Assembly (NCBI RefSeq): GCF_032191835.1
Contig: NC_083224.1
Location: forward strand, 163,680,001-163,744,000
From: Heteronotia binoei
Lineage: Eukaryota
Reading direction: 5' to 3'
DNA: 64,000 bases
The notes beneath the pieces are model-generated. The model worked only from the letters and a program-made list of their open reading frames with translations, made no database searches and had not been told where the DNA came from. The first letter of the stretch is position 1. Every line of letters starts with the position of its first letter. Shown here one piece after another: positions 40,219 to 52,433 of this stretch. The position numbers were made by a program, and so were the translations under genes.

Positions 40219-41592
40219 ATGGCATTTTTAGGACTCCAAAATACATGCACTAGTGTTGATTTCTGCTCTACTCATTGTGCTGATTAATAAAGATCTTTAA
40301 AGACAAAGGATAAGGTCGACTGAGAATTTCTCCTAAACAAACTCACTGAAGGAAAATGGTTTAGATACAGCTGTTCTTGTTTAAAATAGGTTAAACAGGA
40401 GAAGATCTTGATCTATCTGTTACATGGTCTAGTGCATTCCAGGAACCGTTTCTCTATAGTACAGGCCTGAAGAAAACAGCAACAAAACTAAGGTTGAGGC
40501 TTAATTTTGTTACTAATATTTTACCATAGCCAACTACTGACTATAACCTACTGCTCATTGGTATAATTTGCACTGAAAATGTGGGAGTCTGTATAGGTAC
40601 TGTATTATCACTCATATGACTCTGCTGGGGCAAATATATGCATGGCAGCTCATCACGGTACAAAAATGCACATGGACAATAATCTTACAAATTGGTCATC
40701 AGAACTTTTGTCTGTTAGCAAAGCCCATGCTATCCTTTCCCCTCCATAATTCCCTTGCTTCAAAAGGCAAGGATTGCAATTTTGTTTTCCTTTGATAACA
40801 TGTGCAATTAACCAAACTTTCTAGGTAAGCCCTGTAATTCTCCTTGTCCCAAACGAACATAAAAAATGCAAAAGATGCTTATTTACAAACTGGTGCAATC
40901 ATAATGCATGGATACAAATTATGCAATTCTTGCAATTCTTGTTCTGAAACAAGGGTGGATCTAGGAGGTTGATTGACCAGGCAACACCCTCCCGTCCCTT
41001 GGAACAATCCAGTTGTTCTGAAGTAACTCGACATATGTAGTTACAATGTCTGCATCTAATATAAGGAACAGGAAAAGCAGCAAGTTGCCAGATATAAATG
41101 TGCTATAAGCAATGCGAACCAACACGCATTGGTAGAAGTGAGGTAACCTATAGTACATACCTGGTCTCACTTTCCCTTGTCAATACAAAGAATAAAAACT
41201 ATTCAGGCAAACAACTGTTAATCCAGCATAATGTAAAACATTAAAATCACAACATGGAAAATTAAGTCTACAGTGATGGAATAAACCTTGGTATAAGTAA
41301 ACTATTTTTTTAAAAAAAATTCAAAGTATGCATACACTGTGTTCCGTAGTTATTTCTAGAAGGCTTCCCATTTGTTATTTCTAAACTATGTGCAACAAAT
41401 GTAAACAATGTTCCTAGAGAATAGAATTCACCTCTGCTTCTCTTATATCCCTTTATAAAAAATGTTAAACATTCTGATAGATGCACCAAATTCAGTCATC
41501 AGTTAGCATAGTCAGTCAATCAGACTGGGAGGTCCCAGGTCAAAGTCTTTAAGCTGGTTAATACACCAATTCAATAAAACAGGTGCTCAGAT

Positions 41593-41745
41593 TTAAATGA
41601 GATCCAAAGTGAAGTTTCGAATGACATCTGGTGCTCCTGTGTCAAAGCCACATATATCCAGCATTCCTCTGTCATCTGGGTCTGCAATGGTAAAACTGCT
41701 GGATGTCATTCCCCAAACTATAAGTTTGGATGGAATACCCATTGC
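41593..41745 (-). CDS. RO60: Ro60 last coding exon
   Basis: 153 nt, [50 protein letters not shown]. Acceptor gtcattag. Confidence 0.96.
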   Translation of the reverse strand, partial: AMGIPSKLIVWGMTSSSFTIADPDDRGMLDICGFDTGAPDVIRNFTLDLI

Positions 41746-42319
41746 CTAATGACAAACAAACAAAAACTTTTTCATTATATAGCTACACAGCAATGTATTA
41801 ACTACTCATAATAAGTTTTGCAGGCTTTATTGTGACAAGTATGGAAATGAGGCCCTCCTCCCTCACTCTCCTCAAAGAACAATATTTCATGTTCAATCTC
41901 TGTTTTTCCCCCTACCCCTTGTCCAGGTTCCTGCCTTGCTCCTTGTTCCAGTGCTAGGGATATGCTTCTTGGCATCTGAGGAGTTCCCCTGGACACACAG
42001 ATTGTTTTGCTGCAGTGTCTCCAGTAGCCAGACTTCCTAATGTTGCTCCTTTCTGCTTGACTCCAGGAAGATTGTATGGCCCCTAAGGGCATGTATCTGG
42101 ATGTCTGAAGGTCAAATCTACCCCAGCCTTGTTTACTTTAGCCTGTGTTGGTCACAGAGTTGCTATTAGTATTTATTAGTATACTAGCCACAGTTCCTGC
42201 TGTTGTACCTAATGATTTGAAAAGGTGTTTCTGCAGCATCTTCAAAATTCTAGGAACCATTAAGAAATCAGTAATATTTCACAGAAACAATTTCACAGCA
42301 TTATACAAAGGACATTTAC

Positions 42320-42466
42320 CTCCCTATATGTCCTCAAGGCTGCAGCAGGATGAGTATCTCCAGCAACAGTCTCATTGTCTGTGAACACAATAAAGACATC
42401 AGCAGCTACTCCATTTCTTTGAGCCCACAACACTGGAAGAGAACAATCAATGGGACCCACTGGAAT
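42320..42466 (-). CDS. RO60: Ro60 coding exon 7 (vWFA domain)
   Basis: 147 nt, [49 protein letters not shown]. Acceptor ccctag, donor gtaaat. Confidence 0.96.
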
Positions 42467-42975
42467 CTAGGGTTAAAAAAAAACCACAAGAGGTTTAATG
42501 TTAGAACCGTGATGTAAAAAGATGTATGGCCCATGCACCACTGTTATAGTCTCTTCTATGCACCACCCACAAACCACACACAGACAATAATACTGAATAT
42601 GTAACTATAAATATAGTATAGCCAAATAATTTTCAATACAATGAAAACTAAATTCCATTTATTTATTGCACACTTTTAAAAAATCCAGCCATGGAACTGT
42701 TACTTTTTACACTGAATATGTACTAAAAAAACAAACAAAAAAACAAGCTGCATTCCTCTGCAAATGACTTTATTTATATATTGAGCAAATGCAAATACTA
42801 CCCCTCCAAAGATTGTCCTTGAGACAGCTTACAAAGTAAAACTTGATAAAAACATACAACAGTACACACAATGTACAAACTATTAAAAACCCAGCCAGAA
42901 CATAAAATGTTTAGAAGCCTAAAATAATTTTCATAGAGCAGGATAGTAAACTTCTTTGTACTTGTGTGTTCTTAG

Positions 42976-43145
42976 CAGGGGTCATTTTGTAGAAAAATAG
43001 GTGGTGGAGCTCATCCAGGGATTGTTATGCAGCTGCACATACTATTCAATGGACAAGGAGGTGGAACTCTCAGAAGGAGGAAGTGGAACTCTCAGAAAGG
43101 TTCAGGAGCTGTGCTCCTGTGAGCTCCCACTGAATCCGAGGCCTG
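42976..43145. mobile_element. 170-bp hAT MITE
   Basis: Ends cagggg / ggcctg; 8-bp TSD gttcttag/cttcttag (7/8). Confidence 0.75.
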
Positions 43146-43711
43146 CTTCTTAGTAACTTTTCCCTTGTTTAGTTCTCCTCTCTGGGCAAAAATAAGCCTA
43201 TTTCTCCTCCTCCTAAATGTGCCTTTCCTGCCTCTTTACCTCCTCCATTCTCACCTCAGCTCCTGTTTTTTCCTCTGCTTCTGTTCACTCTCTCTACTTT
43301 CCTTTTTCTCCCAAATGTCCCCTCTTTACGTCTTCCTTCTGGTGCTCTTGGTCCGCTGAGGAATTCCCCCGCCCCCATGGTTTAATCTCTTGTTCACCAG
43401 TTTTGCATCTAATGCACCAAAATTGCAAGAAGTGCTGTAAATAGCATGTGAAAGAATCACATACAGCTCACAATATTTTCTGGATCTACAGGCTCAGGGA
43501 CATGACAAGCCCCCTCACGTCCTGGAAAAGCCTTACCAGACAACACCATATGGATGCAATGGTGATGGAGAACTCCACTTGGCCTCCACTGCTGTCACAC
43601 AATAGGCAGAAAAAAATGGAAGGTACAAATATAAACACTTTATGCTATTAACAATGCAATACCATTTTTTCATATAAAATTTAAAAAAATTAAATCAAAA
43701 GCTTTCTATAC

Positions 43712-43825
43712 CTCAGACATCTTCTGTAATACTTGAGGCAACGTCATATCCTCAGTCACAGAACAAGGGATCAATTCATGTGAAAAGGCAGCAATATGGG
43801 AATCTTTTTCTGTGCGTGCAACAAC
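43712..43825 (-). CDS. RO60: Ro60 coding exon 6
   Basis: 114 nt, [38 protein letters not shown]. Acceptor caatag, donor gtatag. Confidence 0.95.
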
Positions 43826-45136
43826 CTATTGTGAAAAAAGTGAAATAAAAGAAGAGAACATAGCCATAACAACTGTTCAATTTTTCTTTTGTTGCAGATA
43901 TTATAAATTTGGGTAGAAGTGGGAGGTCAGTGCCTCCTATCTAACTGGAACCACCAGAATGGTCTGGTTCATTGTGAAGCAAAACAGCTTTTTTGTGATT
44001 TTTTTTAAAATTATGAATTTTACTGATTTTGCAAAATTTCTTGATTTTTTAAAACTAAAATGAGTATAAATTTTTAGAGGACTGTGAATATATGTGATGG
44101 GAGAAGAAAGGAAGGCAAAGAGAAATAAGGACTTCTGAGCACATACAGAAGACATTTCTCATTAAAGTCCTTTCTCTTCCAAGAAGACATACCCACAGTC
44201 TCTCTCAACCATACACTTAATCACCTACCCACCACTCAGCAAGTACATTCATGCACGCTTTCTCAGATACATGCATGAATAAATTTATCTTCTCCATTTT
44301 AAATCTTCCACCACTCCTTTCTCTTCTCTATTCAATTCCTACTTCTACTATGCTCCTCCACACACCCTTAAATCTTGCACTCCCATGGTTTACTGCACCT
44401 TTTGCGTTGCTACAGTCAAATTTCAGAGAAGAAGAGCATTCATATTCCCTATCCAGAGCAGTTGTTTCTAGGTGACTCTATCTTGACCAAAGCATTTACC
44501 CTAGCAAGGGAGGGACAGGCCATCATGAAAATACTTCCTCTCAGTCAAGACAACTAAAAGTACTGCTGAAAACGCACAGATGTTGTGAGATGATGGGAGG
44601 AGCTACAGAAGACAGACTGGGCTGGAATGGCTGGGGGGAGGGGTGGACTCCAAACATGCAGTAACCTCAACAGCAAAAACATTCCAGTTCCATCAGCCTG
44701 ACTCTAAATAATCCATAAATTCTTTCCACATAGAATGTCAAAAACAGTGAGTTACTTGAGAGCTGATGTCATGATGAATGGACCCTTGCTATTAGACCTG
44801 TGGGGTCTTTTCCTTCATAGAGACTTTAAGATTGATTGCAAGAATCCTTTGTAAGTATGGGGTCAATTTTACTTACACAATGTAAGGGTTACAAATTTTG
44901 TGGCTTTCAAATGGAGAATTTTATCATAGTTTATTTAAACTCTGATTTCATTGAAAGGTTTTAATTTTTAAATTCAGGTCGTAAGTTTCCCTAAGGTGAT
45001 GCAAGCTCTTTCCTGTCTCCATTGCTGCTCTACTCTTTAAGTTTTACTTGACTCTGTATGGAAGAAAAAACCCCAAAATCATCCACATTCAGATTTAGGT
45101 CAAAAGGATATGAACATAACACAATTTCAGTCTTAC

Positions 45137-45253
45137 CATACACATTGCTGCTGCAACTGTACTAGCATTCAGTACGCTGCCCAAAACTTTTTGTGACATA
45201 GAATCACTAACATCAACTGCAATCAAGAAACGCCTCTCTGTTGGCTCTATCGT
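45137..45253 (-). CDS. RO60: Ro60 coding exon 5 (MIDAS DxSxS)
   Basis: 117 nt, [39 protein letters not shown]. Acceptor cctttag, donor gtaaga. Confidence 0.96.
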
Positions 45254-46405
45254 CTAAAGGATAAAAGGGGGGGGGGGGGAATTAAAAGACATTGTTGCTT
45301 TTATAATGCGTACTTAAATTCTGAATCAACAAGGTCAAAGACGTTACGCACTTGTAGGAACAAGTTTAAATATCCAACACAGTGCATACTTGCTAATAAT
45401 ATACATAAGGTATTTTTCATTTCAGTCAAGCTCTCCCAGGAAAATACTAGGTCCACAGAAACTCAACAAAAGGTGGCAGAAGAAGTAATATAATCTGCAA
45501 GGGGGGTCCCAGGAAAATAGAGGAAGCAGTAGCAGCAGCCCATCTAGAAGTTAATAAGGATGTAAAATAAAGGTTGAAGGCATGGGGATGCTGAGCCACT
45601 GCTTATCGTGTGACTCTGATTCAGACTGGGATGGCAGGATAAAGAAATAAAAAGGTAAGCTGCCACCCCCACAGTTCTTGTCTTCATGAGATACCTAAGA
45701 AAAAAACTGGAACCACAGTGAAAGATTATTCAGACCAAAAAACACCATGTGATATAAGCTTTTCTAATACACTATTGAGTGCTTTTAGTGATTGATACGT
45801 TGTGAGATGTCATAGCATTCTGCCATGAAAAAGTGTAGAGATAAAAATTACCTTCCATGGTGAAATTTCTGATGAATTGTTCAGCATAAATTTTCCAAGA
45901 TCCTAACAGTGAAGCGATGCAGCCCTTTGGGAGCCAGAACAGTGAAGAGACTAATGAGTTCCGAAATTATATGAAGTCTACCCTTGAAAAATAACATCAG
46001 TTGAAACAGACTATATACAGTAATTTTGAACCATTGAATTATTGTATATTTATCCTCCACTATGACTTTTTTTATATATTACGGATCATGGTTTGTGTAT
46101 CAGTTCTATTGATGGGCATGTTATCTACATGATTAAGAGGACTTGACGTATAATATATATTTGAAATATAGCTTATTAGAAAAGCTTATGTCACACAGTG
46201 TTTTTTATTTTCATGGGATACCTGACAATGTTGAACTCTGATCACATTGTTTCAACTAACCAGCAGTCAACCCTACTGCTGGTTAGTTGAAACAAAACCT
46301 ACTACAAAAAAGGTTGGCTATCTGAAGAATTATACTGGAAATATTTAAGCAAGTACATTTGTTCAACCACGGTAATCACATGGATTTACAATATCTAAGA
46401 GTTAC

Positions 46406-46543
46406 CAAGAAGCTTTTGTAAAATGAAGCATCCAGAGCTTCCAAAATATCCTTGTTAGGTTGCCAGCAAAGTTTCCCCCGATAACCTCGTCCTCCTTTGT
46501 AATTTTCTAATGCAACCAATATATGGAAAGGATGTATTTGAGC
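46406..46543 (-). CDS. RO60: Ro60 coding exon 4
   Basis: 138 nt, [46 protein letters not shown]. Acceptor ttttttcag, donor gtaact. Confidence 0.96.
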
Positions 46544-46746
46544 CTGAAAAAAGCAATACAAAAAGTACACTCTCAATTGTTTAATTTAAAAGACCTTCTC
46601 AAAAATGTATCTAAAGATATACTTTATTTATATGACTATGATTTTCACTTTTGCGAGAAGAATTTCTGTACCTTATATTATATACAGAAAAGAAGGAATA
46701 CAATCTTGCTAACTGCCCCAAGCATCAAAATTATGAGACTTAGAGA

Positions 46747-46965
46747 GCAATCCTAAGCAGGTCTACTCAGAAGCAAGTGCCATTCAATAGGCATTTCTTC
46801 TAGGAAAGTGTTTTTAGGATTGCACCCTTAATAAAACAATTGGACCCAGTGTAGTGTAGTGGCTAGAGTGTTAGGCTAGAATATGGGAGACTCAGGTTTG
46901 AATCTCCACTCTGCCCTGAAGCTCGCTGCAACAAACTTGGTCCAGTCACACAGTCTTAATCAAAG
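46747..46965. mobile_element. 77-bp gcaatccta-type MITE (46747-46823) next to a degenerate tRNA SINE head (46843-46965)
   Basis: Inverted ends gcaatccta/taggattgc; then agtgtagtggctagag...ggtttgaatctcc. Confidence 0.6.
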
Positions 46966-47902
46966 TTGTTATGTTACAAAGTTGTTATCAGGACAAAACA
47001 GAGAAGGAAATACACTTCTTATTCCATTTGCTACAAAGAGGAAATATTATTTTAATTATTATTTTTTTTCATTTATACCCCACCTTTCTCCTCAGTAGGA
47101 ACCCAAAGCAACTTAGTATTCTTCTCTTTTTCACATTGAGGTTGTTACTTTTCTTTATTGTCTCTGGAGATTTTTGTCCAGGAGGCCCAAGTTCTAACCT
47201 CAATATCCTTTCACCTCCCATGAATTTAATTCCCACAATTTCTGCCTTTCTCTTATCCTCCTTCTACTGTTCTTAGAATCACTCATAGAAGAATAAACCA
47301 TACCACTAAATAAGAGAGTGTCTTCTTCCCAACTCATCCAAAATAACATTTTTCCCCTAAAAACCATACATTCCAACCAGTGGAAAAGTTAACAGGTTGC
47401 TACTTTAAGCCAACTCTTCAATATTCCACCCTTTTCTAAGAGGATGATTTTCAACCTTTTCTCTAAACCACCAACTGGTAATGCACAGAAAGAAGACCAC
47501 GCAAGACTCTTTATTTCTCTCATTTTATCCATCATGTTCTTCAGTTTTTTTAAAAAAAGCTATAGACATGGGACCCTTGAAGCAATAGCCACCTGCTTTC
47601 TAAAGACCTAATTAAAGATACTCTGCCATCAATCAAGGTTTGAAATTGAGAAATTCCCAAACACTAAATAATCCTTTGTTAACAAACACAGCTTCATCTT
47701 CAACACATATTCTGGAACAGCCCAACAAAAGCCATAGGTGGCTCTGGTTTTAACTTGTTTCAATGTTATATTTGTGTGTTGGCTTTAATGGCTTTTAAGA
47801 TGAAATTTTTAGCCACCTTGGTGGCCTTATGAGAGATAGAAAAGCAGGGTAAAAATCTTGTTAATAACTAAATGCTAGAATAACACACAGAGAAATTTTT
47901 AC

Positions 47903-48049
47903 CTTTTTAAGGAGTTTCTCATTTCTTAGTCTTTCACAAACAATTGTTACTTCTGGACTTCCTGGTTCAAGTGCAGAATTTGCTGTCATCTTTCCTAGAT
48001 TCCTCAATATTGCTTTTAAAGGCATCTCCTGCAACAATGCTTTCCATAC
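47903..48049 (-). CDS. RO60: Ro60 coding exon 3
   Basis: 147 nt, [49 protein letters not shown]. Donor gtaaaa. Confidence 0.96.
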
Positions 48050-48251
48050 CTTGTACAGAATGGGTTAAAATTAGTAAAAAAATGGAAGAACTCAAGTTGT
48101 TTAACATGAGGATCTGCAAGGAGCAACTTAAGCGTCAGCCTTGGACAGTGACCCATCTTCAAATACTTTTAAAAATGGTGCACTTCAGCAAAATGCACAA
48201 AAATGATAGTAAACATGAAGCAAAATATTAATGCTCATATGAGTTACTCAC

Positions 48252-48472
48252 ATCTTTAGATTTCAGATGGTTTGTGAGGAGGTGTTCCCTGACTAAATTA
48301 TACTCTTCTATCAGATGAATCACTTCCAATTCATCCTTCGTATGCTTCACCTTCTCCACTGCCTCCAAATATTTTAACAGTTTTTCAGTCTCAGCAGAAA
48401 GCTTATTGTCTTTATATGCCTCTTGGACTTCCTTCCACCCTTTCATTACATACTTCATGACTATAGCAAGGC
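48252..48472 (-). CDS. RO60: Ro60 coding exon 2
   Basis: 221 nt, (G)[73 protein letters not shown]. Donor gtgagt. Confidence 0.97.
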
Positions 48473-49974
48473 CTGTTAAAAGGAAACAGAAAAAAGGACC
48501 CAATTATTATTCCTTCTCCAAATTGTTTACCAAATAGCTAAGAACTCTACCTGGAGTCTTGCAAAAATACAATAGATTACAGAATAAATTTACCTTGAAA
48601 TATACTCAGTTTGGAAGTTTATTGTCTTAATTTCACCAATAATAGACAGGAAAAAAATCAATTACAATAGATACACAAAGACAATGACTTCTACCTATTT
48701 TTTTTTTACATGCATCGCCACAGCTACAATGTATTAACATTGGATTTTTTTCTGGTCTAGTGTAGTCAATCACTGCTTTATTTGCTGAGGATTTGGAGCA
48801 TTCCCACCCTGCAACTGCAGAGTTACTCCTGACCGTAGGATGGTGAGATGTGTAGAATGTAAAAATCAGTTTAAAAATTCATCTTTGTGTTTTTCAAATA
48901 AAAGAAACAAATTTGTTTTGAATTATATTCCTTCCTTGTTTTTTGAGAAAATAGTCATAAACAGCAAGCCATCACACACAACAAGGAAAGCCTAAGATTT
49001 GCTACCTGAGCTACAGTGTGATTTTACTACAGTCGTCAGATGTTTAGCCACACACAAAGTTACTCATTTATATTAGTCACCAAGAAGACTTAGCTTCTAA
49101 GTGGATAGAGTCCTGCTTAAGCAAAGGAAAAATCAATTCAGTCCTGAAATCTGAAAATTTAGGTCAATCCAAAATAATAGGATCTATTCTAGAGAGTCAA
49201 TTTGGTAAGTACCACATTCACAGAGTATAGAAGTACAGAGTGTAGAGAACCTTCCTAACAGTACCACTCATGGCAAGACATTCAAACACACAAGCATAAA
49301 TGTCCTTCCCTAGTATGGAAGAGGGAATTCAAAGTAGTAGTTTGGCATTTCTATCAGGAGAATACAAACTGAAAAGAATGGAACATACTCTGCAAGCTTT
49401 AACATCATTCAATTATCTAAAATGTGAAAAGTAACGATATCCCACTCCAAATAAATCTAAATTATGCGGGAGTAATGATGATAATGACAATAATTTAAAT
49501 AAAAGTTTAATACTTAAAATGCAAATACTCTTAAATTCACTAAGCTGTAATTCCATAAAAGCTCCAATCATATGTTTAGTAAGATCTTTGCAGGATGTTA
49601 TCTGCTCTTAAGAAAGCAATAGTATGAATGTAGTTAATGAGCTCTTCTGGGCAAATATAGTTCTGTTTCGAACCTGCCATTCTTGACCAAGGCATTCTGC
49701 TGCTTTCAATGTGGCTTCCAGCCAAGACTGAAGATCCAAACTGAGAATAGGCAGAGGAGGTAAATAAACCTGTTTATTCTCTTAGATTGCTCATCACTAC
49801 TGTTAATCACAGCATTCTTAACTGCTTGTGTGAGTTACAAGTTTAACAAGTAATAATAAGTTTAAATAATAATAACAATAACAAGGCAATGCTTTGCTGT
49901 GGCTCCATTTCCACCTTATGGGAAAGTTTCAGAAACTGTTGTCAAAAGATTATTTTTCCCCACATGGGAATCAT

Positions 49975-50045
49975 TCTGCAAGGTTCCAAAAAGTTCTGAT
50001 TTGTCTCCTGTGGTTTTCCACATTTACATAAAACCACCGGGAATG
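49975..50045 (+). mobile_element. L2 reverse-transcriptase relic
   Basis: VPKSSDLSPVVFHIYIKPPG resembles the RT motif VPQGSILSPxLFNIYMKPLG. Confidence 0.55.
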
Positions 50046-50065
50046 TGGAATACAGTGTTACCACT

Positions 50066-50276
50066 GGGAGGGGCCATGGCTCATAGGTAGAGCATCTGCT
50101 TGGCATGCAGAAGGCCTAGGTTCAGTTCCCAGAATCTCCAAGTTAAGAGGTTCAGACAGTAGGTGATGTTAAAAAAATCTCAGCCTGAGACCTTGAAAAC
50201 CAGCTGCCAGTTTCTGTAGACAATACTGAAGTTTATGGACCAAGGGTCTCATTCAACATTAGGCAGCTTTATGTGT
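50066..50276 (+). mobile_element. tRNA-derived SINE
   Basis: gggaggggccatggctcataggtagagcatctgcttggcatgcagaaggcctaggttcagttcc...aggcagctttatgtg. Confidence 0.8.
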
Positions 50277-50942
50277 ATCAGTTTGCAGTTGATGTCCAGC
50301 TCTCCCACCTCATTTCTCTATCTGGTGAAATACGCTCCTCCATGAATGACTAAGATCTATAATGGCGTAGATTAGAGAAAATAAAGGAAAGCTCAATCCA
50401 GACAAGACCAGAGGTTTATAATGGGTAGGGCTTCTTGATCAGGATGTAGCTAATAGGCACTCAAAGCTCAGAAATGCCCCTGGACCTGAAAATCTAAATG
50501 CTCAAGTGATAGGAGTGTGTTCTTCCATCTTCAGTTGTATCACTAGCTATACTACACTGTCTTTCTTGGAAACAATTCAGACATTCTAACTGATGCACCA
50601 TATGGCAGCTCAAACACATGCATTCAAAAGGGAAATAAAAGGGAATAGAAAGAGAATTTACATTCAGCAAATAATCATGTCTCTTAGTTTTATAGTTCTC
50701 CAATTTTGTATGCAAAAATTATATTTTAGTGCAAAAAAAAGTCAATTCCACATTTTCTTTGCAGCTTTGCAAGCCCAGAACTGCTTCCTGCTTCAGCCTG
50801 CAAAGTCAAGAAGGATCTGGGAACACCCATTTCTGTAACATCTCAGTATTTCAGAACTCAACCATTCTCTAATTTTTTTATGCCACCTACATATAAAACA
50901 ATATATTTAATGCTGACAAACACTGTTCTCAATTCTTATTAC

Positions 50943-51522
50943 CTTCATTCGCAGGCTTCAGGTGGGATAACCTTAGAAGATCTTTATGAGACCAACCATT
51001 TCTTTGCTTGTACTTTGTAACTGCTAAGGCAACAGCCATGCCATTCTTTCCATTGTACCAATCTGCAACAGCTTTTCTCAAAGCACGACCCCACATGCCA
51101 CACTTCATGCCCTCCTTGAGATCCTTTTTAAACTGGATGAAAGTGAAAAGATGAGCTGGTATGTGACAGACTTCAGGGACAGCCTTATAAGCGGCTTGTT
51201 TTGTTTTTGCATCAGAACACTGTGAAGAAACTGCAAGTGCAAACAATATGGGTTCTGATTTTGCTGCTTTCCCTTCTTGGCTGAATGTCTTTATTTCCTG
51301 TACCACTTCACAGCCTTTGCCATCTTCAATAAGCCTAAGGAGTGCATCAGCATTTTCAAATCCTAGCTTTTGTTCCTTGATGTAGTAAGTACCTCCTTCA
51401 GAACCAAAACACAAGAAACGCCGTAATCGATCCATGTCAGTAATGTGCCATACATATCCATCTGCAGAGTTCGGCACCTGCTTTTCATTCAAGGGTTGCA
51501 TCTGGCTCACTGCTTCTTCCAT
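50943..51522 (-). CDS. RO60: Ro60 (60-kDa SS-A/Ro, TROVE2) first coding exon
   Basis: 580 nt, [15 protein letters not shown]...[12 protein letters not shown]...[25 protein letters not shown](G). Acceptor ttttcag ends at 51549, giving 26 nt of UTR; donor gtaata. The eight coding exons total 1617 nt = 538 aa plus stop. Confidence 0.98.
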
Positions 51523-51701
51523 TTACCTTTCTATTGTTAAGAGGCCTCCTGAAAAAATAAAAGCACATATGAAAATCTTTTCTTTAAATAAGTATGATGC
51601 TTTTGATCTCTTTCCTACAGTCACATAATAAGCTATCATTCAGAAGAATATTAAAACTCTGCCTTTTTAAAAGAATAAGCTGTAGTTAAGATCCTCTACA
51701 C

Positions 51702-52433
51702 CAGCGTTTCCCATTTCCAGGTTCGCGACCCAGTACTGGGCCACGGACAGGGCTGTCTTAACACATGGGCCTGATGAGCACTTGCCCATGGGCCCCACGA
51801 GCATACGGTCCCATACTAATCTGTGTATGATGCAGTACTTTGCCCAGGGCCCATAATGTTGCTTTGCCCGGGGCCCATAATGCTGTTAAGATGGCCCTGG
51901 CCACGGAAGCCTCAATACCGGGTCACAAGAAAAGCCAAAGCTAGCTCTGCCCCCAGCAAAGCCTGAGCTCTGCTCTGCTTCCTTCCTTCCCCCGTCTCTC
52001 TGTTGTGCAGAGAAAAGCTAGGTTTGAAGACTGACACAGGCTGCAAAGCCTGAGCTCCATTTGGCTTCCTTCATTCCCCCGTCTCTGTGTTGTGCAAAGA
52101 GGAGCTGGGCTGCCTCTCCTTCCTTCTCCCCCCTCCCAGGGTTTGAGAGAGAAGTTGGAGTCTACTGGCACTTTAGACCCATGAAGTGTTCTTCAAGGTT
52201 TAAGTGTTCATGTGCCTTGCAGTATGTTCTTTAGGGGAGATTTCCCTGGGAGACCTGGGGGGCAAAGAAGGGGGGGATGTTTTTTTCACCCTCACATTCT
52301 CCAGCTGGCAGCTTGGAGAATGCATTTCAAGTTAAAGTTGCTTTCTTTCCATCACTCTCTCCCTCCCCCATCTACTGTCAGTCTGTCATTTATTCTATGT
52401 GGCTCTTACATTAAGCACGTTTGTCCACCCCTG
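51702..52433. mobile_element. Cluster of hAT-type MITE sequence (boundaries uncertain)
   Basis: Starts cagcgtttccca; ends tattctatgtggctcttacattaagcacgtttgtccacccctg, as in the 21671 family. No matching TSD, so it may be two elements. Confidence 0.55.
51748..51899. mobile_element. 152-bp hAT MITE nested in the cluster above
   Basis: TIR cagggctgtcttaac / gttaagatggccctg (13/15); perfect 8-bp TSD gccacgga. Confidence 0.88.
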
